A stretch of 64,000 bases of DNA, taken from Octopus vulgaris (lineage: Eukaryota). Below are positions 30,260-42,972 of this stretch, in pieces. Positions within the stretch are counted from its first letter, which is position 1; every line of letters begins with the position of its first letter. The position numbers and the translations under genes are program-made. The notes under the pieces are model-generated. The model was not told the origin of the DNA, searched no databases, and was given only the letters and a program-made list of their open reading frames with translations. The stretch lies in assembly GCA_951406725.2 (NCBI GenBank), contig OX597832.1, positions 13,454,001-13,518,000 of the forward strand. Reading direction: 5' to 3'.

Positions 30260-31614
30260 GTAAGTATCAAATTCCTGCTTTTGTATTTACGTTCGTTGTT
30301 TCTTTCGAACGTATTTCTCCAAAGTTTTTTTTTTTATTTTCCATAATAACATCTTTTTTATTTGTGAGAATCTAGTTTCATTTACAAATGACATGAGACA
30401 CACACATGAAATATTTTTGTGGGCACCAATATTCGCTACACTTTGCATATTATTCTATCACCTATTCATATGCAGATATGTCGACAGTTTTACGTGCATA
30501 GCAGCTGTGAATAGTTGAAATGTTAGTTATGGATTGAGAGAATGATTAGAGATAATATCTTCCTCACATGTGTATACACACTTAGGTACAACAACTTGCA
30601 TACATATATAAATATACCCAAATGAACTCCCAAACACATGTGCATACATACGGATTCACATGCATTCATACATACTTTTCTCTATCTCCCATATATTCGA
30701 TCGTCACCTGTCTTTGTTTTAGGTCCATAGGGAAATATTTCGTCATGTCCCTATGACCGCTTCAGCGACTTTCATCCCACGTGCTCCTTCCTCTTCTGTT
30801 TAATCCGTTATCTCTTTATATCGTGTGCATCTCAAAGAGGAGAAAAGCTCTTCAGTGCCCTACCAACATGGTCAATCAAAACATTGAGTCTTAGCTAATA
30901 ACTTTGATTTTCAGGTATTATCGGCGTATAAAATAGACACATCATCTCGGCAGGTTACAGAGGTCACACATGTAGTAATAGACAGACGGAGTCTCATCAG
31001 AATACACGAATGGAGCAATAGCATCCCCCAACCACCACACTGAGGCATATGACAACTGAAGGCAGAATGGGAGAAAGAAAATTGAGACGCATATACAAAC
31101 AGCGTTATACATAAACCCATATACAAACACACAAAAGATACACATACACATACTTAGGATGAAATGGAAAAATAGAGAGGTAAATAAGTAAAGAAATATA
31201 AATTATATAAAAGCCTCTCGTAGAAATACATATACATACACAAAACACAAATAGAAAATAAATGCAGGCATGTACACACACACGCATGCACACAGATACA
31301 CACAGATACAGAGGCAAACGTATGTGCAGAAAAAGATACATAACAGAGAAAGACAGAATGGACTACACTTAACATGATTCACGTGGGATGGAAAGTCATT
31401 GAAGATGCGATAGGTGTGTGACGAAGGATTTCCAATGGATATCAAATAATGAACAATTGAAGAACGAATATATATTGCATGCTTATTTAGCCTCTCTCCA
31501 CCCAGAAACAATGGACCAACCTGAAATGTCACAATACTTGTTTCAATACACCGATTGCGAAACGGTGCGGAGAAAGGGGATAGGCAGAATGACAGACAAA
31601 TAGACACATACACA

Positions 31615-31676
<62 letters not shown>

Positions 31677-32893
31677 CACGCATACACACACATACGCACA
31701 TACACATTCACGTATGCACACATGATTTTAAAGATAAAAAAATAAAAGAAATATACCAAGGGTTTTGATTCGAGTCTTCATTTCTTGGACAAATATACTT
31801 GATTATTATATGTAGAGCAATCACTCAAAAACACCCCAGTGGGGGGGGGGAAGATTGGTCACCTTGCCAAGAAAAGAATACAGAGAAATGGAGAAATGCA
31901 GCCGGTCGGGTGATGGTGTCATAGGAAATGATGGTGCTTACCAGTTACAGAAAATCAGCGTTAAGTTGATCCGGATTACGATAGTCACGTAGTAAATTTG
32001 TACGTACAAATGTGTGTATGTATATTTTAGCTTCAAATATAAAGTTTAGCTTGTGATATAAATGTTTATTCATTCAGTAAGAAAAACTTCAACATTTGAT
32101 GTAGATTGGTATTTTAGACAGCAATGGAGGACCGATTACAGAAAGCAGGAAAAAAATGCGAAAAGTGGTGAAAAAGCAATTACTACTTGCTGCTTTGATC
32201 CGTAGATTTTAAGTACATTAGAAGTAAAAGAAAATATGTATAGAGAATATTCGTCAGAAAAATCAAAGTATTTTGGTTTGTGACCTGTATAAGTTATGAT
32301 TAACTAATATATTCACATGAAGATTTACCAAAAATAACTTTCTATTAGTCTCTGCAACTAAATCAGGATATAAAATATATCGTGAGCATTTAGGTTATTA
32401 TTAATTAACAAACATTTTTAAAACATCCATATACATTTATATAATACGGAAAACTTTATTTCCTCCAAATAATTTTCATAGATTTATAGACTACTAGTAG
32501 CTGTAGGCTTCAAGAATTTTCTAAGTGGATTTTATGTTTGGAAATACGACGAAGATACAGCATTGACGTGACGCATTTTGGCAAATTATTTCGGGAAATA
32601 TATTCCCATCTTTTTCATAGTATGCTATATGCGTATAAAGTATTTCACAAAGTAATGTGAGCTAAAAGTATGTCATTTCAAATGGAAATCTATTATAATA
32701 ATGAAATTAATGGACAGAAGCCAAAAGAGAATGGAATTCGTAATAAATATTTTGATTAATTTTTGGCATCATGAGATATTATTTATCCTGTAAGGTATGA
32801 AAGTAAATACATTTTAAATCTTGCAAAAGTTCTAAAAATTCTTGGAGGTAACTCTAAATTACATATAAACATATATTTACTTCTTCATTTCAG

Positions 32894-32951
32894 TCAGTGG
32901 ATTGACGTTAAATTACCGACATAAAATTGTTAGCATTAAAGTCAATGACTT
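32894..32951 (+). CDS. Candidate 58-nt exon, phase 1 to 2 (SGLTLNYRHKIVSIKVND)
   Basis: ttcttcatttcag|...|gtaagt; only the phase-1 frame is open. Confidence 0.4.
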
Positions 32952-33387
32952 GTAAGTATATACACAGAATTATTAAGATGTATTAGAGCTGTTTATTCTG
33001 GTTAACTTTAGAATATGCAATTTACTTCTTAGTATAATTCTCGAAAATTCTATATGAAATTATTTTAAAACGATTGCAGAGGAATTTATAAAACGGAGAT
33101 TGACCACATTAAATTTTGAGAAAAATATTTTATGTATTAGGACAAATTATATCAGCGTTCATGTAGCATATCTTTCAGTGGATTTAGACGGTTGAATCAT
33201 ACACTTTTCTTATGTTTTGCCCTATTTCAAAACTCATATAATAAAGAGCGCATTAGGTTTGTCCGGAAAATTAGATTTAGAAAAATTAATGTGGTTAAAT
33301 TTGGATAGAATTTCTGAATAAAAATAGTTATAAATCATTTACTGTCATTGTTCATAGAAACACTGTTTGCATGAATGTATGTATGTA

Positions 33388-33418
<31 letters not shown>

Positions 33419-33691
33419 TTGTATGAATGTATGTATATATGTATGTATGTTTGTATTTATGCATGCATGTACGTATGTATGTTTGTATGTATGTATATAT
33501 GTATGTTTGTATGAATGTATGTATATATATATGTATGTTTGTATGTATGTATGTATGTATGTATCTATATATGTATGTATGTTTGTACGTATGTGTGTAT
33601 GCATGTATGTATGTATGCATGTATGTATGTATGTATGTATGTATGTATGTATGTATGTATGTATGTATGTATGTATGTATGTATGTATGTA

Positions 33692-33916
33692 TTGGGTTGT
33701 CCTGAAAGTTCGTGTCGATTTATAGTAGCTTACCTTTCGAAATACCCTCCCAGGCACCTCAATTCTGGGAAGAGGGTATTTTCAAGTAAAAGGAAAGATG
33801 GAGACGCATTATGCAACAACATGGTTCATATTTTGTTGACGAAAACTGTAATGGCAAGTATGTACTTAGCTTTTTCGTTCCTTTAAAAATCTGCACGAAC
33901 TTACCTGAAAACCGAA
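33692..33916. mobile_element. Mariner-type MITE (~225 bp) inside (TATG)n
   Basis: Imperfect TIRs ttgggttgtcctgaaagttcgtgtcgatttt / aaaatctgcacgaacttacctgaaaaccgaa; TA on the left flank. Confidence 0.65.
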
Positions 33917-34069
33917 CATGTATGTATGCATGCATGCATGTATGTATGTATGTATGTGTGTATGTAGGTATGTATGTATGTATGTATGTATGTATGTATG
34001 CATGTGTGTTTTTTTGAATGCAAGTATGTATATTTGCATGGGAATATACATATTTGTTGTGTATATATG

Positions 34070-34117
<48 letters not shown>

Positions 34118-34508
34118 AGTTATTGCACAAGCGCACACATACATACTAAATATGCAAACGTAAAACACTCTCATTTCACTGGTTTCGCTTAAAGGAAGCT
34201 TTTGTGCGTGTATTATTTGCACGCACACAAATACTGGTATTGGACGTGGTTAATACTCGTCATTTATAACTTCAATTTGACGGTTCTAAGAAGTATTCTT
34301 TGATGCAGTATTTGTACATTTGTCATGTTGAATATGTTAGATCGCCAGAAGTGATCGTCAGTAATTTTGTATCTTTGCATGTTAACTGTCATCTTCCAGA
34401 ATACTGAGTCCATGTTAGAAACAAATCTGTACCATAGGTATTGTATTTCTGTGAAGTTATTTCTTGTTTAATACATTGATTTCAGTGATTCAATTTTTTT
34501 TGCTGCAG

Positions 34509-34539
34509 ATTCTCCAATTATTCATTTACTGATGCGCTA
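34509..34539 (+). CDS. Candidate 31-nt exon, phase 2 to 0 (LFSNYSFTDAL)
   Basis: ttttttttgctgcag|ATTCTCC...GCGCTA|gtaact; phase-compatible with neighbouring candidates. Confidence 0.35.
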
Positions 34540-36109
34540 GTAACTGCTTATTTTATTTCAACTCCACGTTTTATTATGCTATGCAATGTGCTAAAATTTA
34601 CGCCAAGATATATAATGGTTATTGTTGAGAAAACGAGCCAATGTAATGACTAAGTAAAAATAATAAGTAAATACTCTCTAAAACCTATCTCACCGTTTCA
34701 TATAGAAATGCTGCAGGAAATGTCATTTAGAACAGAACGATGCTACTAAAGAAGAAAATACTACAAAGGGAACAACAGCGACGATGGTGAGGACGAAGAA
34801 ATCCTCATCAACAAAGATCCTTATCAGCAAAACCTCATCAGCAATAAACGAAGATGGGTAATTTCATTATCACGTTATCTGGAATTAGTTGCTAAGTGAT
34901 CGTTCAGGACAATAGCAAGTGTGTCCCATTGCGTATTTATTGCCTAATATTTGGCATAGTACACGTCCATGCGATCTCTCGCGATGTCGGTGTCCGTATT
35001 CAACATGAGAGTCCCCAAATATTTTGTAATAGGAATAGACGAATTGAAGATAGAGTAGTAACTATACTAAACAGTAAATTAATTCACCACATCAAAGTGT
35101 TTTTTGAATGTTAGCGATCTTGTTAGTTGCTAGAGGATAGTAGTTTTTTTTCCCCTGCTAACAATATGTTGTATATAAAGAGTGTGGTGGTGTATAGTTA
35201 ACCAGCTGGCGGAGAAACTCCTTGGGGTTAAACTAGTTGTAACATTCAACACCCAGTTTGATGCAGTGACTGGCTTTACTTTTTACACACACACACACTC
35301 ATATAATGCTTACAAGTATATTGAATCTATTTAACTGATCTTAACTTCCATATATTTAACTTAACGAAGGGATGATCATTTCTGTGTAGTATATCAGGTA
35401 TGATTCTTAGCAGTTTTTATAAGAAATAATGAGAGGCCTGTCAGTATAAAAATTGTTAGCTATTGTTTAAAGAGAACTGTAGTAGCAATACAGTTTCTCC
35501 GAGTCTGAGTGGTTAGTTATGTTTATACAATGTAGCAGTTATCTGCTTCGTCTTAGGCGTATTATAACGTAGAAGATTAACTATTTCAAAATGTTTATTG
35601 AGACAGCCTAATGAAAATTAAAAAAATATAGCTTTTAATTAAGATTTAGTGATATTCACTAAAATAACATTAGGTAGAGATTAGAAACAAGAAAGTTTAA
35701 ATTAAATTTGAAAATCATTTAATATGTTGAAACATGTGGTATTGCTGGTATCCAAAATAGTAATTTAATCAACAATAAAAAATACTTCCCATTTACAAAT
35801 ATTAAATTTGATTAACTGATATATAATCTAATTTCTCATTGGTAATACATACACATACAGACAAGCATATGAGCATAAGGTATGTATGTATGTATGTATG
35901 TATGTATGTATGTATGTATGTATGTATGTATGTATGTATGTATGTATGTATGTATGTATGTATGTATGTATGTATGTATGTATGTATGTATGTGTATGTA
36001 TATAGATAGTATAGGCAGATTAATATATACGCAATTACATATATAAATTTGCCAAATATACTTATATGTGTGAGTGCGGTGTCTGTCATTTTGTCTATTT
36101 GTCTCCTAT

Positions 36110-36332
36110 ATATTTCTTTACTACCCCCAAGGGGCTAAACACAGAGGGGACAATCAAGGACACGCAAAGGGATTAAGTCGATTACATCGACCCCAGTGCG
36201 TAATTGGTACTTAATTTATCGACCCCGAAAGGATGAACGGCAAAGTCGACTTCGGCGAAATTTGAACTCAGAACGCAACGGCAGACGAAATAAGGTTACG
36301 CATTTCGCCCGTCATGCTAACGTTTCTGCCAC
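36110..36332 (-). mobile_element. SINE family B
   Basis: Reverse complement of the 38909 family (gaccccgaaaggatgaa...gaactcagaacg). Confidence 0.85.
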
Positions 36333-36334
36333 CA

Positions 36335-36685
36335 AGTGACAACCGGTTTGGGTGTCTTTGTGTCCCTGTAACTTAGTAGTTCTGGAAAAGCGGTCGATGG
36401 AATAAGTACAAGTTTTAATAAAAATATGTTTTAAGTTCGCTTCAGTCGATTAAAAATTCTTCAAGTCGGGGCCCCAGCACGACTGCAGTCTACTGATTGA
36501 CACAGGTTAAAGAGATAAAATACACATAAATATTAGGCGCAGGCTTTGTTGTGAGGTACCAAGCTTGCTTCGCAACCACAGGGATCTGAATTCAGTCCGA
36601 CTGCATGGCATCATGGGCAGGGTCTTCTACAATATGCTCGTGCCGACCTTGTGAGCGGATCTTTGGGAGACGGAAATTGAAATAT
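36335..36685 (+). mobile_element. SINE family A pieces (3' half 36335-36510, then 5' half 36536-36685)
   Basis: gacaaccgg...ccagcacgactgcagtc followed by ggcgcaggc...gacggaaattgaaa. Confidence 0.75.
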
Positions 36686-37938
36686 ATATATATATATCAT
36701 ACAAATAAGAAAGTAATAAAGGTATGTGTGTGTCCATGTTACTTCGCGACTGGCTTTATTTCTTTTTTTCACACCATATGACGACATTTCCTTAATTCGT
36801 TATTGAAATAGGGAAGAATGCCCTGTTAAGTCTGCAGCCACCTCCCAATATCTGTTCCCCTTTTCATCCTTTAAAAGAATTCTTTTCATCTTCAGACGGG
36901 TCTTCTCTTCTGGATGTACAAATGTAATGAAATATATTATTGCTTTTCTCGGTGTTTTTTTTTTTTGTTGTTGTTGATATTTTTGCCACTGCAGATGAGA
37001 GCAATTTGGTTGTTTGAAGCATTAAATAGAACTTAATGACCATAATGTGTCTCCAATTATATTTATCCAATGCCAGGGAACAGTTGGACAGAATATGCTT
37101 CTATGTTCTGACTTACCAGCATCTGCATTTGTTATTCTCTGATATATTCCATCTCATTAGGTTTCAAGACGACTTCTGATATATTCAATCTCATTAGGTT
37201 TCTAGATTTCAAGGCATCGTAGGAAGACAAACTGAGAACTGAGACCTGATGAACTCTACTTCCATATTTCATTCTAGCTTTTTTTTCTCTCAGTTACATG
37301 TTCCTCTGATCTTGTTATCTGTCGGTATTAAGAGTATTGAATACAATGGACTTCGCTTCTCTCTATTTCCTCCTGTTTGATGTTGTTACTAAAAATACAC
37401 GTTCGATTGTTGCTCTGCTTCATATCATCAAAGTGAAACCCATACAGTTGCTCTGCATCATCTGCATCAAATCAGCACAGCCAAATCCAAGCCCCTAAAT
37501 ATCAATTTCTGTGACACTCACTATACCTCGGTGTACTTCATACTTGGCTGATTTTACATCTATATAAAGTACCATCCATACTTTATAAATTTCGACGATT
37601 GACATTGGTGAGTGTAATCAACCACATTCACGATAAAAGAACTGAACTGTTTAATATCCAAAGTAGGCCTAGCTACCTTCTAATGAACACACTGCAATTT
37701 TATCCGCGACTTGAACCCATGACAGAGCCATTCGTATATTAAAAGTGCCCATCATATTTTATACTTCCCTTATAGTGTTCAAGCATCAATTGCTGTTAGT
37801 CCATTCTCGACTTACTTCATAATCTGCGAACTGCCAGAGGCTGTCAAAAGTTTCTTATTTCAAAGTCGGAATTGTTTCTCTAGCTATCTTAAAATTTACT
37901 TCTATCTGCAACGCCCCCCCCCCCAAAAAAAAAACATA

Positions 37939-38123
37939 GGTGCAGGAGCGGCTGTGATAGGCGCGCAGGTGTGGCCGTGTGGTTAGTAGCTTGCTTACCA
38001 TCCACATGGTTCCGGGTTCAGTCCCACTGCGTGGCATCATGGGCAAGTGTCTTCTGCTATAGCCTCGGGCCGACCAATGCCTTGTGAGTGGATTTGGTAG
38101 ACGGAAACTGAAAGAATCCTGTC

Positions 38124-38201
<78 letters not shown>

Positions 38202-38437
38202 ATGTGTGTGTATATCTTTGTGTGTCTGTGTTTGTCCCCCTAGCATTGCTTGACAACCGATTCTGGTGTGTTTACGTCCACGTCACTTAGTGGTTCGGCA
38301 AAAGAGACCGAGAGAAAAAAGTACTGGGCTTACAAAGAATAAGTCCCAGAGCCGATTTGCCAGACTAAAGGCAGTGCTCCAGCATGGCCGCAGTCAAATG
38401 AATGAAACAAGTAAAATAGTGAAAAGCGTAAAGAGTA
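37939..38437 (+). mobile_element. Full-length tRNA-derived SINE family A with internal microsatellite and duplicated 5' head
   Basis: A-box tggccgtgtggttag, B-box gggttcagtccc, central (TA)n(TG)n, 3' ccagcatggccgcagtcaaatg...(aaagagt) tail. Confidence 0.9.
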
Positions 38438-38908
38438 TACTATGCGAATTTTTTGCTCTGAATTTTGAACAGGTGTGTGGCTCTCATCATTGCCAGCAAC
38501 TCGCATTAAGGTCATACCAGTTGACAGCTCCGCGTACCTGAGTATAGCAACGTTAGAGGGCAAGTAGGAGAGAAAGAGCCATGCATCGGAGGAGCTTTCG
38601 TCTGAACGATATTGTTGCGTACCTGTCACTCAGATAAGGCCCCCATCCGCTCAATAAATTAGCTACTATGCTTCATCTAATACTCTTCAAATCATTACAC
38701 ATATTCACGTTTTAATCATTCAGTTGTTTTCCATCTCCAGTTTGGCTTCGATATCGGTTATTACGGTATTTGATTTATGTTAAATTAGGCCTGGCGAAAC
38801 AACCGTCGCCACTTACTGCTTCCCCGGAATCAGTTACATCAAATGTAGAGCGGATAATACTCTTCTTTTCATCCCGCTACTTTACATTCATGGAATATAA
38901 ATGTATAT

Positions 38909-39305
38909 AAGGTGGCGAGCTAGCAGAAACGTTAGCACGCCGGGCGAAATGCTTAACCGTATTTCGTCTGACGTTACGTTCTGAGTTCAAATTCCGCCGA
39001 GGTCGACTCAGATTTTCATTCTTTCGGGGTCGATTAAATAAGTACCAGCTACGCACTGGGTCGATATAATCGACTTAATCCCTTTGTCTGTCCTTGTTTG
39101 TCCTATCTGTGTTTAGCCCCTTGTGGGTAGTAAAGAATCAGGTAATTCGTCTGTCTTTACGTTCTGAGTTCAAATTCCACCGAAGTCGACTTCGCCTTTC
39201 GACCTTTCGTGGTCGATAAATTAAGTACTATTTACGTACTGGGACAGATCTAATCGACTGGCTCGCTGCCCAAAAATGTTGGGCTTTGCCCCTTGAGTAG
39301 AAAAC
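38909..39305 (+). mobile_element. tRNA-derived SINE family B with internal duplication
   Basis: ggcgagctagcagaaacgttag...gagttcaaattcc head; conserved ctttcggggtcga..aa.taagtaccag block (MetaSINE-like) present twice. Confidence 0.9.
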
Positions 39306-39307
39306 GA

Positions 39308-39338
<31 letters not shown>

Positions 39339-39862
39339 TACATACGCGCGTGTGTGTGTGCGCACACGTATGTGTCTGGAGGATATGTATGTTTACGGCA
39401 ATTAGTCATGTTTTTTTGATTGAATGTCTACTTGTCATTGCGAATAAAATTTATCAAATCTATTTTCCCTTCTCATAAATCACTATGTTGGCATTAAGCT
39501 ATGTTGCCACTTAAAGGCCTATTCACTAAATACGAAAGGTGTTAGGATTAACACCAAATGAACAGGCATTCACGTCAGAAAATATGATATTTAATCAAGT
39601 TGCAAACGGGTTCAGAAGCCAACTACTGCCATGTTTTATTGATGAAAATGAATAACCCTATAGAAATATTATTATGGCAGCTGACAATTATAACAACCAT
39701 GTTTATGCCGGAAAATTACATTAGCATTTCTGTAAGCAGAGCAAAAAAAAAAAACAACAACAAAAAAAGATAACGAAAATGAATGTCAATATCTGACAAA
39801 CTCACCATCAAAAGTAATCTATCAAGCATTTACATGCTTCTGTTTTGTTTATTTTATTGCAG

Positions 39863-39910
39863 GTCACCAGCGTCTTCGGATATCAATGGCCCGAGGAAGA
39901 AAAAAAATAA
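39863..39910 (+). CDS. Candidate terminal coding exon, phase 0 (VTSVFGYQWPEEEKK*)
   Basis: tgttttgtttattttattgcag|GTCACCAGC...TAA; strong acceptor. Confidence 0.35.
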   Translation, partial: VTSVFGYQWPEEEKK

Positions 39911-40116
39911 CAGAAAAGAAAAAAACAGAAACACACTATGGCAAGAATTGTATTATATATACAAACGATCTACAAAATTGATTACCTGCAACAGACCTGG
40001 TGATTGGTATTATAATTTAGTGTATATCAATTAAATACAAACCGCTGCTAACACTCATACACTTAGCCATAGCAAAAAGGTGGGATATATATATGCACAT
40101 ACTGATTCTCATGCAC

Positions 40117-40180
<64 letters not shown>

Positions 40181-40586
40181 TTGTGTGTGTATGATAATGA
40201 GTATGTTTGTATACATATATTACGCATACATATAGACACGTATACACACGCGCACATGCAGACATACACACACAGACATATACATACATGTATATATGTA
40301 CACACCCACATGCATATATATATATATATTCTTATATATATGTCCACACACACACACACACACATATATATATTGTATATGTACACAGATGTATCTGAGT
40401 GTGAGTGTGTGTGCAAAACAATAAATAAACTGAATAAAACATGATATATAGTTAATTATGATAATGTGAAGCAAATAAATGCCAGCTTTTGAGGAGATAT
40501 AAGGAAATTTAAAATACATACATGCAACCGCCTGATCTCTAATTTGCCCTCATAAATTATACTGCGTAAAATGATATTTTAGTATA

Positions 40587-40900
40587 GGCATATGGCCTAG
40601 TGGTTAGAGTAGCGGACTCGCGGTCAAGGCATCACGGGTTCGAATATCAGACTGGGCGATGCCTGTGTTTATGAGCGAAAGACCTAAGCCCTACGCGGAT
40701 CCGGCAGAAGGTAATGGCAGAACTTCTACTGACTGTTTCGGCACAACTTTCTCACACTCTTCCCTCTGTCCTCATGCATATTGCAGCTCACCTGCAATGG
40801 ACCAGTGTTCCATCCAGGTGGGGAACCTATACGCCAAGGAAACCAGGAAACCGGCCTTTATGAGCCAGGCGTGTCTCGAGAAGGAACAAACAACAACAAA
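40587..40900 (+). mobile_element. tRNA-derived SINE family C
   Basis: tggcctagtggttag A-box, gggttcgaatatc B-box, (CAA)n tail; TSD-like aaaatgatatttta / aaaatgagatttta. Confidence 0.9.
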
Positions 40901-41196
40901 ATGAGATTTTAAGATTTTCCCAAATATTTCATCAGATAGATCTTCCTGCAGTAGTGGTTTTGCAACAATAGAGAGTAAAGTGGGGCATGTGTACAGATGG
41001 AAGTAATACTATTCATAAGATTAATATTGGGACACCTAAAAGGAGGTAATTCAAAACTTGCCTGTCAGTCAGTACATCATACTGTTTCTATGTTAGTATA
41101 TGAGGTGGAACGTATTACTTGTGCTCATTAGATGATCACGCTCCGAGAAACCATAAATATTCCAAGAGTTTAAACAGACATAATACATTTAGCTTC

Positions 41197-41236
<40 letters not shown>

Positions 41237-41969
41237 TTTCAGTGGTTTCCGTCAAAAGAAAATTTTATAAGTAAACCTGTTCACACAACAGACTTTTAGC
41301 GATAGCTGCATTTATCTACGAAGTTGTTCCTTAGTTAATTTAAGTCTCGTAAAATAGATAATGTGTTGTGCATATGCATTTTCATCTTGTAGTTCACTAC
41401 CGGTTGACTATATATTATCCTAAGTGAAAACAAAAAACTTAACACCAGACTCGGTTAAATAATGGCTAGAACTATTTGAGTGCTCGAAGCATGAAAAGAT
41501 CCAACATATTTCAGGGACCTTTTAGGCTCTATGTATCCAACTTACAGTTATAATGGCTTCAACTTCATCGTCTACAGGGACGTATTATTCTGGGATTATA
41601 CAGAACAACGTGAAATGAATGAGATCTACAAAGGTAAACATCGTCAAACCTAATATCCTCAAAATCAGTCGAGCTTTTTTCTTGAAGATATATTCCTAGT
41701 AAAATTGTATAATCGAGGAAACAAACGTCAGACGAGGAAATGCCAATTGCAGCAAAAAATTCATGGTATCGACCATACTATTGACTGCTGTGATACATTA
41801 CTGGTCACAATGCCCTTCGCATCGTTTCAACTTTCGAATGATGTCACTGCGTTGGCTAGATGAGGAGGCAAATAATCCCCTTGATGGATAACGTGATTCC
41901 TCACAGGGTTAGCCATTAGTGGAAAATCTTCACGTTCGCATCAATGTAAGCCTTCGGGATTCTTATATT

Positions 41970-42295
41970 ATTTACTTCTCTTAATTGTGTCAGTCATTGA
42001 CTGCGGCCTTGCTGGAGCACTGCTTTAAAGGGTTATATTTGAAAAACTCGACCCCAGGATTCATTCTTCTGCTAGGTTACAGGGATATAAACACACCAGA
42101 ATTGGGGACACACACACAAACACACATGAAGGCTCACACGCATACACATGTGTACGAAAGGCTTCTTTCAGTTTCCGTCTACCAAATCCATTCACAAGGC
42201 ATTGGTCAACCCGAGGCTATTTCAGAAAACAGCTGCCCAACGTGCCACACAGTGTTACTAAGGTTGGGACCATGTGGTTGGGAGGCAAGCTGCGT
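41970..42295 (-). mobile_element. SINE family A
   Basis: cagtcattgactgcggcc...ttcagtttccgtctaccaaatcca...accatgtggttggg. Confidence 0.85.
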
Positions 42296-42505
42296 CTATT
42301 CTATACTTAATCAGATACTTCTCTGGACGTCAGCCTACAACAAATCACTGATATATTATTTCAACTGGGCCTGCGATCCGGACTCGATTTAATGATATAT
42401 TTATGGAACATGTTGAGAAGTTAGTGGAAATCAAAATGTCGAAAAGAGCTTCAAAGTCAAATGATCCGGGCAATTCTGTTAGTGGTTAATATTTGTGAAA
42501 TCGAG

Positions 42506-42605
<100 letters not shown>

Positions 42606-42629
42606 CATATATATACATATATATATATG

Positions 42630-42682
<53 letters not shown>

Positions 42683-42843
42683 TATAAGTTTTTATATATA
42701 TATACATATATCTTTGACCTTTTTGTTTATCGCTCGAAGATTGACCGTTTTTTCTAAAGGGCCAATCAAACAAGTCCATTTCTTTTTAAAGGTGTAGCGT
42801 TTGTAAGAGTATAGATTGAATTGATATATCAGTTCCATTCTAG

Positions 42844-42893
42844 CAAAAACTGTCTGATGAACGGCAACGAGAAACTCAGAGTAACAGATTTTG
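42844..42893 (+). ncRNA. Type-I hammerhead ribozyme, canonical core, in a (TA)n-flanked island (42700-42918)
   Basis: CAAAAACTGT-CTGATGA-ACG-GCAA-CGA-GAAA-CTC-A-GAG-TA-ACAGATTTTG: 9 of 10 bp in stem I, GNRA loop II, near-palindromic stem III, GUA triplet. Confidence 0.8.
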
Positions 42894-42914
42894 TTGAATT
42901 TTCTGCTGCTTAAA

Positions 42915-42972
<58 letters not shown>

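Noticed and set aside
30915-31603. Possible exons or ORFs (VLSAYKIDTSSRQ...; ASLHPETMDQPEMSQY...)
   Set aside because: Splice signals are weak or phase-incompatible with the candidate chain, and no domain is recognisable.
34730-34860. Purine-rich, coding-looking stretch ending at a GTAATT donor
   Set aside because: Poor acceptor and ambiguous frame; it may be a decayed repeat.
37138-37206. 37-bp tandem duplication (tctgatatattc.atctcattaggtttc)
   Set aside because: Ordinary local duplication with no further structure.
40587-40660. tRNA-like sequences (also 54575-54646, 37970-38035, 38909-38995)
   Set aside because: A/B boxes are present but there is no complete cloverleaf, and each continues into a repeated SINE body and tail, so they are SINE heads rather than tRNA genes.
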